Below, piece by piece: positions 59,712 to 64,000 of a stretch of 64,000 nt of DNA. The stretch is from Planctomycetota bacterium. GTDB lineage: Bacteria > Planctomycetota > UBA1135 > UBA2386. The translations under genes and the position numbers were made by a program. The stretch is from assembly GCA_965228735.1 (NCBI GenBank), contig OZ245838.1, positions 1,088,001 through 1,152,000 of the forward strand. The letters run 5' to 3'. Position 1 is the stretch's first letter. Every line of letters starts with the position of its first letter. The notes beneath the pieces were generated by a model. The model searched no databases. It had not been told where the DNA came from and saw only the letters and a list, made by a program, of their open reading frames with translations.

Positions 59712-60590
59712 TCAGCTCCCGTGCTTCTCGGGATCCCAGGCGACCGCGCGCTGCGTCTGTTCGCCGAGCTCGTCGATGCCGAGGCGGACGGTGTCGCCGG
59801 GCTTCAGATACTGCGGTGGGTCGAAGCCCAGCCCGACGCCCGCCGGGGTGCCGGTGCTGATGCAGTCGCCGGGTTCGAGCGTCAGGCAGTGGCTGAGATA
59901 CGAGATCAGCTCCGCGACGCCGAACACCATGTCGTCCGTGCGGCTGTCCTGCTTGCGTTCACCGTTGACGTCGAGCCACATGCCGAGGTTCTCGGCGTTG
60001 GCCAGCGCGGTCGCGGGCGCGAACAGCGGACCGATCGGAGCGAACGTGTCGAAGCTCTTGCCCTTGACCCACTGTCCGCCGCGCTCGAGCTGCCACTCGC
60101 GTTCGCTGTAGTCGTTGTGCAACGCGTAGCCCGCGACGTGCTGCATCGCATCCGCCCTGTCGACATAGCGCGCCGTCCTGCCGATGACGACGAGCAGCTC
60201 GACCTCCCAGTCGGACTTCGTCGAGCCCTTCGGAATCACCAGGTCGTCGTTCGGCCCGCAGATCGCGGACGTCGCCTTCGTAAAGACAACTGGCTCGCTC
60301 GGCACGGCCATACCCGACTCGGCCGCGTGCTTTCGGTAGTTGAGCCCGATGCAGAACAGCTTGTGCGGGCGGCCGACGCAGGACCCGAGCCGCGCGTCGC
60401 TCGCAGCAGTGGGCAGGCGATCGAGGTTGTCCGTCACGTATCGCGTGAGCCGCGCGATGCCGTTCGTCGCGAAGAAGTCCGGGCCGAGATCGCCGTCGAA
60501 GCCGGAGCAGTCGAGGCGGCGGCCGTCCGGCAGCTCCGCGCCGGGGCGCTCCTGTCCGGCGGGGCCGAAGCGGAAGAACTTGGGATGCAT
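59712..60590 (-). CDS. Fumarylacetoacetate hydrolase family protein (diketo-deoxy sugar acid hydrolase-like)
   Basis: CIGLNY..HA.E, DWEVEL, NDYSERE.Q..RGGQW.KGKS.DTF.P.GP, LEPGD.ISTGTP.GVG. Confidence 0.92.
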   Translation of the reverse strand: MHPKFFRFGPAGQERPGAELPDGRRLDCSGFDGDLGPDFFATNGIARLTRYVTDNLDRLPTAASDARLGSCVGRPHKLFCIGLNYRKHAAESGMAVPSEPVVFTKATSAICGPNDDLVIPKGSTKSDWEVELLVVIGRTARYVDRADAMQHVAGYALHNDYSEREWQLERGGQWVKGKSFDTFAPIGPLFAPATALANAENLGMWLDVNGERKQDSRTDDMVFGVAELISYLSHCLTLEPGDCISTGTPAGVGLGFDPPQYLKPGDTVRLGIDELGEQTQRAVAWDPEKHGS

Positions 60591-60600
60591 GCCGGCTACC

Positions 60601-61386
60601 TCACACGCAGAGCTTGCCGCCGTCCAGCGGGAAAGCCTGCCCCGTGACGAACCCGCTCGCGGCGCTGCAGAGGAACAGCGCCATCTGCGCGACCTCGTCC
60701 GGCGTGCCCATCCGGCCCATCGGCTGGTAGGCCGCGAGCTGGTCGAACATCTCCTGCTCCTGCCCCGGGTAGTTGGCCTTCAGATACCCGTCGACGAACG
60801 GGGTGTGGATTCGCGCCGGGCAGATGCAGTTGCAGCGCACCTTGCCCATGTAGTCGATCGCGACCGACTTGGTCATGGTGAGGACGGCGCCCTTTGTCAT
60901 CGAGTAGGCGAAGCGGTCGGCGATGCCGATCAGGCTCGCGATCGACGCGAGGTTGCAGATCACGCCCTCGCTCTGCAAGAGCAGCGGCAGCGCGTGCTTC
61001 GTCGCGAGGAAGACGCCCTTCACGTTGACCGCGTAGAGGCGGTCGAAGTCCTCCTCGGTCGTCGTCTCGACCGTTCCGACGTGCCCGATGCCGGCGTTGT
61101 TCACGAGGATGTCGAGCTTGCCCTCGGGCTCGCGCGCGAGCGTCGCGAACGCCGCTCCTACGGACTGATCGTCGGTGACATCACACGCGACGTGGACGGC
61201 ATTGCCGCCACGTTCGCGAATGGCACCGGCAGCAGCTTCGCCGGTGGCGGCATCGAGTTCGAGAACGGCAACGCGCGCACCGCGATCGGCGAACAGGTTG
61301 GCGATCGACTTGCCGATGCCGGAGCCGGCGCCGGTGATCGCGGCGGTCTTGCCGTCGAGACGGAACGAGTCGGTGGGGGTAGCCAT
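60601..61386 (-). CDS. SDR oxidoreductase (2-keto-3-deoxy-L-fuconate dehydrogenase-like)
   Basis: TGAGSGIG, NNAG, DRFAYSMTKG (YxxxK), RCNCICPARIHTPFV. Confidence 0.92.
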   Translation of the reverse strand: MATPTDSFRLDGKTAAITGAGSGIGKSIANLFADRGARVAVLELDAATGEAAAGAIRERGGNAVHVACDVTDDQSVGAAFATLAREPEGKLDILVNNAGIGHVGTVETTTEEDFDRLYAVNVKGVFLATKHALPLLLQSEGVICNLASIASLIGIADRFAYSMTKGAVLTMTKSVAIDYMGKVRCNCICPARIHTPFVDGYLKANYPGQEQEMFDQLAAYQPMGRMGTPDEVAQMALFLCSAASGFVTGQAFPLDGGKLCV

Positions 61387-61455
61387 TGGTGAGCGAGTGC
61401 TGGGGTGGAACGACGGGTCGAGCAGTAGGGGGCGGGATCGGGCGATCGAAAACGG

Positions 61456-62409
61456 TCAGGAGCCGGCGATGCCCTGGTTGGTCGCGAGTCCCTGCGGCCA
61501 GGACGCGTTCTGGATCGGGGCGAGAAGGAGCTGCACTTCGGACAGCAGATCCGGATCGGGAGCCGTGCTGACGGCCCGCACGTTGGCCTCGATCTGCGGA
61601 ACCGACGCGGTGCCGCAGATCGTCGCCGCCGGGCCCGCCAGCGTCGCCGTGTAGCCGAGCGCGAGCTCCGCCAGTTCCGTGCCGCGTTCGGCGCAGAGAG
61701 TGGCAGCCCGAGCGCACGCCGCCTTGCACGCCGCCGACGCCGGGTGCCACGCGGGCGGCCCGCCGTTGCTCAGCAGGCCCATCGCCGCGGCGGACGCGTT
61801 CAGGAGGCCAACGCCCCGATCGCGGAACTGCGGCACGAGCTCCAGGAGAGTGCCGTCGAAGAGGGTCGCGTGGCAGTAGCTCAATGCGACGTCGAGCGGA
61901 GCGTCGACCTGGAACGCCCGGCGAAAGACCTCGAGCGGCAACCCCGAGATCCCGACGTGGCCGAGCTTGCCCGTCGCCTTGAGGTCGTGGAGCGCCGGCA
62001 GCGCCGTCCCGAAGATCATGTCCAGGTCCGCGAACTCGACGTCGTGCAGGAGGAACAGATCGACCCGCTCGACCTGCAGGCGCTGCAGGCTCTCGTCGAG
62101 GCTCTGCATCAGCCGCTCCGGCCGGAAGTCGAACTCGTTCTCGCCGTAGCGTCCGGCTTTCGTCGACAGCACGAAGTCGGCGCGCGGCAGGTCGCGCAGC
62201 GCCTTCCCGAGCACGACCTCGCCGCGCGTCGCTCCGTAGTACGGCGAGGCGTCGAACAGGTTGACGCCGAGCTCGAACGCCCGGTGAACGGTCGCGATCG
62301 CCTCCGCCTCGTCGACGGCGCCGTAGACCCCGCCCAGGTTGGCAGCGCCGAGACCGAGGGCGGAGACTTCGAGGCCGGTCTCGCCGAGCTTGCGCAATTC
62401 CATGGTCAT
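61456..62409 (-). CDS. Aldo/keto reductase (L-galactose/L-fucose dehydrogenase-like)
   Basis: LG.TGLEVSALGLGAA, FDASPYYG, STKAGRY, SLQRL...DL..LHD. Confidence 0.9.
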   Translation of the reverse strand: MTMELRKLGETGLEVSALGLGAANLGGVYGAVDEAEAIATVHRAFELGVNLFDASPYYGATRGEVVLGKALRDLPRADFVLSTKAGRYGENEFDFRPERLMQSLDESLQRLQVERVDLFLLHDVEFADLDMIFGTALPALHDLKATGKLGHVGISGLPLEVFRRAFQVDAPLDVALSYCHATLFDGTLLELVPQFRDRGVGLLNASAAAMGLLSNGGPPAWHPASAACKAACARAATLCAERGTELAELALGYTATLAGPAATICGTASVPQIEANVRAVSTAPDPDLLSEVQLLLAPIQNASWPQGLATNQGIAGS

Positions 62410-62544
62410 GGGCGATCGGAACGCCGGCAGGTTAGGCAATCGCGGGGGCGGAAGCGAGGTCACCCGGGCCGTCGGGCCGGTGCCAGCGCGGTTTCCGTGC
62501 CGCGCACCTCAAGCCCGGATCGAAGCCCGGCCGAAGACCGATGC

Positions 62545-63267
62545 ATGACGAGCCCAGCGTTCCCCGTACCCGCGCCCATCCCCGGCAGCGCGGTGATTCC
62601 GACCTCCGCGCACGCCGACGTCCTCGGTCGACTGCACCATGAGAACCCGTATTCCGGGTTCGACGCCGGCAGCTTCGAGTGCGACCTGCAGGGCTGGAAC
62701 GGGACGAGCTCGTTCTTCGGCGAACTCATCGCGGCCGTGAACCCCGAACTCGTGATCGAGGTCGGCAGCTGGAAAGGACAGTCGGCCGTCAACATGGCGA
62801 CCGAGCTGAAGAAGCTCGGCCCGGGTCGCGCGCTCGTCTGCGTCGACACCTGGCTCGGCGCGCTCGAGTTCCGCACCAACCACGACGACCCCGAACGCTA
62901 CCGCGGCCTCGCGATCAGAAACGGCTACCCGCAGGTCTACTACCAGTTCCTCGCGAACATGGTGAAGACCGGGGTCGACGACGTCGTGATCCCGTTCCCG
63001 CAGACGTCCCTCATCGCGGCGCGCTGGTTCCTCATGCACGAGATCCAGGCCGACCTGATCTACATCGACGGCAGCCACGAGGAGAACGACGTCTACGCCG
63101 ACCTCGTCTACTACTGGCAGATCGCCAAGCCGGGCGCGGTCGTCTTCGGCGACGACATGGTCGCGTGGGAGGGCGTGCGCAAGGCCGTGACGCGCTTCGC
63201 GCAGGAACAGAACGTCGAGGTCGGCGTGCGCGACAACAACTTCTGGGTCCTGCAGAAGCCGGCCTGA
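62545..63267 (+). CDS. Class I SAM-dependent methyltransferase (Methyltransf_24-like)
   Basis: VIEVGSWKGQS, CVDTWLG, DLIYIDGSH, GDD..W.GV..AV. Confidence 0.88.
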   Translation: MTSPAFPVPAPIPGSAVIPTSAHADVLGRLHHENPYSGFDAGSFECDLQGWNGTSSFFGELIAAVNPELVIEVGSWKGQSAVNMATELKKLGPGRALVCVDTWLGALEFRTNHDDPERYRGLAIRNGYPQVYYQFLANMVKTGVDDVVIPFPQTSLIAARWFLMHEIQADLIYIDGSHEENDVYADLVYYWQIAKPGAVVFGDDMVAWEGVRKAVTRFAQEQNVEVGVRDNNFWVLQKPA

Positions 63268-63271
63268 GCGG

Positions 63272-63871
63272 TCAGTCGTCGCGGCGCGGCTTCGGCAGCA
63301 GACAGCCGACGACGTCGGTGCGCGGCACGGCGACCGGCTCGCCGGCGAGTACCGCAGTGATTGCGTTCCGCAGGTCGTGGCTCGACGCCTGCTGCGCGCG
63401 CGCGCCGAAGTCGGCCCAGAGATCGTCGATGCGGCCGCGGTAGAGCACCCGACCCCGCCGCACGACGATGGCCTCCGGCGTCCGCGTCGCGCCCAGGCGT
63501 TCGATCATGGCATGGCCGGGGTCGAGCAGGACGATGCCCGGCATCGCGTAGTCCTGGTGGAACGCGCGGGCCTTCGCCGGGGTGAGATCCGGGTCGGCGT
63601 GCAGGACGACGAAGCGGACGGCCTCGTCGGCCCAGCCCGCAGCGAGCTCGACGAGCGTCGGCGCATAGGCCTTTGCGATCGGGCACTCGTGATTCGTGAC
63701 GACGAACACCTCGACGGCGTCGCCGGGATCGCTCAGCAGGACCTTTCGACCGTCGAGATCGATGAGGCCGAGCACAGGCCCCTCGCCGACGACTTCTTCG
63801 GCACAACCCGCGCACAGGGTCAGCGCCAGCACGGTCAGCCAGGAGCCAAAGATCTTCGGAAGCAGGGTCAC
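63272..63871 (-). CDS. Thioredoxin-like (redoxin/AhpC-TSA) exported protein
   Basis: ECPIAKAY, LLDP......LGATRTPE, YRGRIDD, DLRNAI.AVLAG.......T..VGC; lipobox-like CAGC. Confidence 0.85.
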   Translation of the reverse strand: MTLLPKIFGSWLTVLALTLCAGCAEEVVGEGPVLGLIDLDGRKVLLSDPGDAVEVFVVTNHECPIAKAYAPTLVELAAGWADEAVRFVVLHADPDLTPAKARAFHQDYAMPGIVLLDPGHAMIERLGATRTPEAIVVRRGRVLYRGRIDDLWADFGARAQQASSHDLRNAITAVLAGEPVAVPRTDVVGCLLPKPRRDD

Positions 63872-64000
63872 GAGAGCTGACGAGCGTAGCGTCGGCCACG
63901 AACGAATGGGGCGCCTACGGGTCCCGCCATCGCCTCGCGGGCCCGCCGACCGTCGTCGTCGCGGCCCCGCCGTACGCGTTCGTCGAACATCCCGTGCCGA

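Noticed and set aside
63916..64000. 3' end of a minus-strand ORF at the window edge (GTGCSTNAYGG...RDP*)
   Set aside because: Too short to establish frame or function

Overview
High-GC bacterial chromosomal segment, densely coding, with no rRNA, tRNA, CRISPR array, transposase or integrase recognised. The lineage is uncertain: the secreted proteins resemble those of uncultured Planctomycetota, but this is inference only. Housekeeping genes are rlmN (partial), aspS, thrS-infC, an E2-E1 fused 2-oxoglutarate dehydrogenase (Kgd/OdhA type) and B12-dependent nrdJ with tandem NrdR boxes. Metabolic modules are a non-phosphorylative L-fucose/L-galactose-type operon, a HypD-like deaminase plus 2-oxoglutarate semialdehyde dehydrogenase pair, a split molybdoenzyme/NrfC-NrfD system, and a radical SAM-TPR plus GT9 pair. 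Most notable: (1) a tightly coupled operon of a Ddl-like ATP-grasp ligase fused to a degenerate M20 peptidase, two gamma-glutamyltransferases and an N-formylglutamate amidohydrolase-like enzyme, divergent from a 7TM_transglut/PgsC-like membrane protein, which is a candidate undescribed glutamyl-peptide/polymer system; (2) a duplicated, synonymously recoded nrdJ 3' end with a ~158-bp repeat and a 66-bp strand-specific G-T-wobble hairpin; (3) three unrelated secreted proteins sharing a C-terminal domain that may be a sorting signal; (4) an SD-AUU-UGA start-stop element in frame upstream of infC; (5) recurrent micro-duplications of stop-codon regions.
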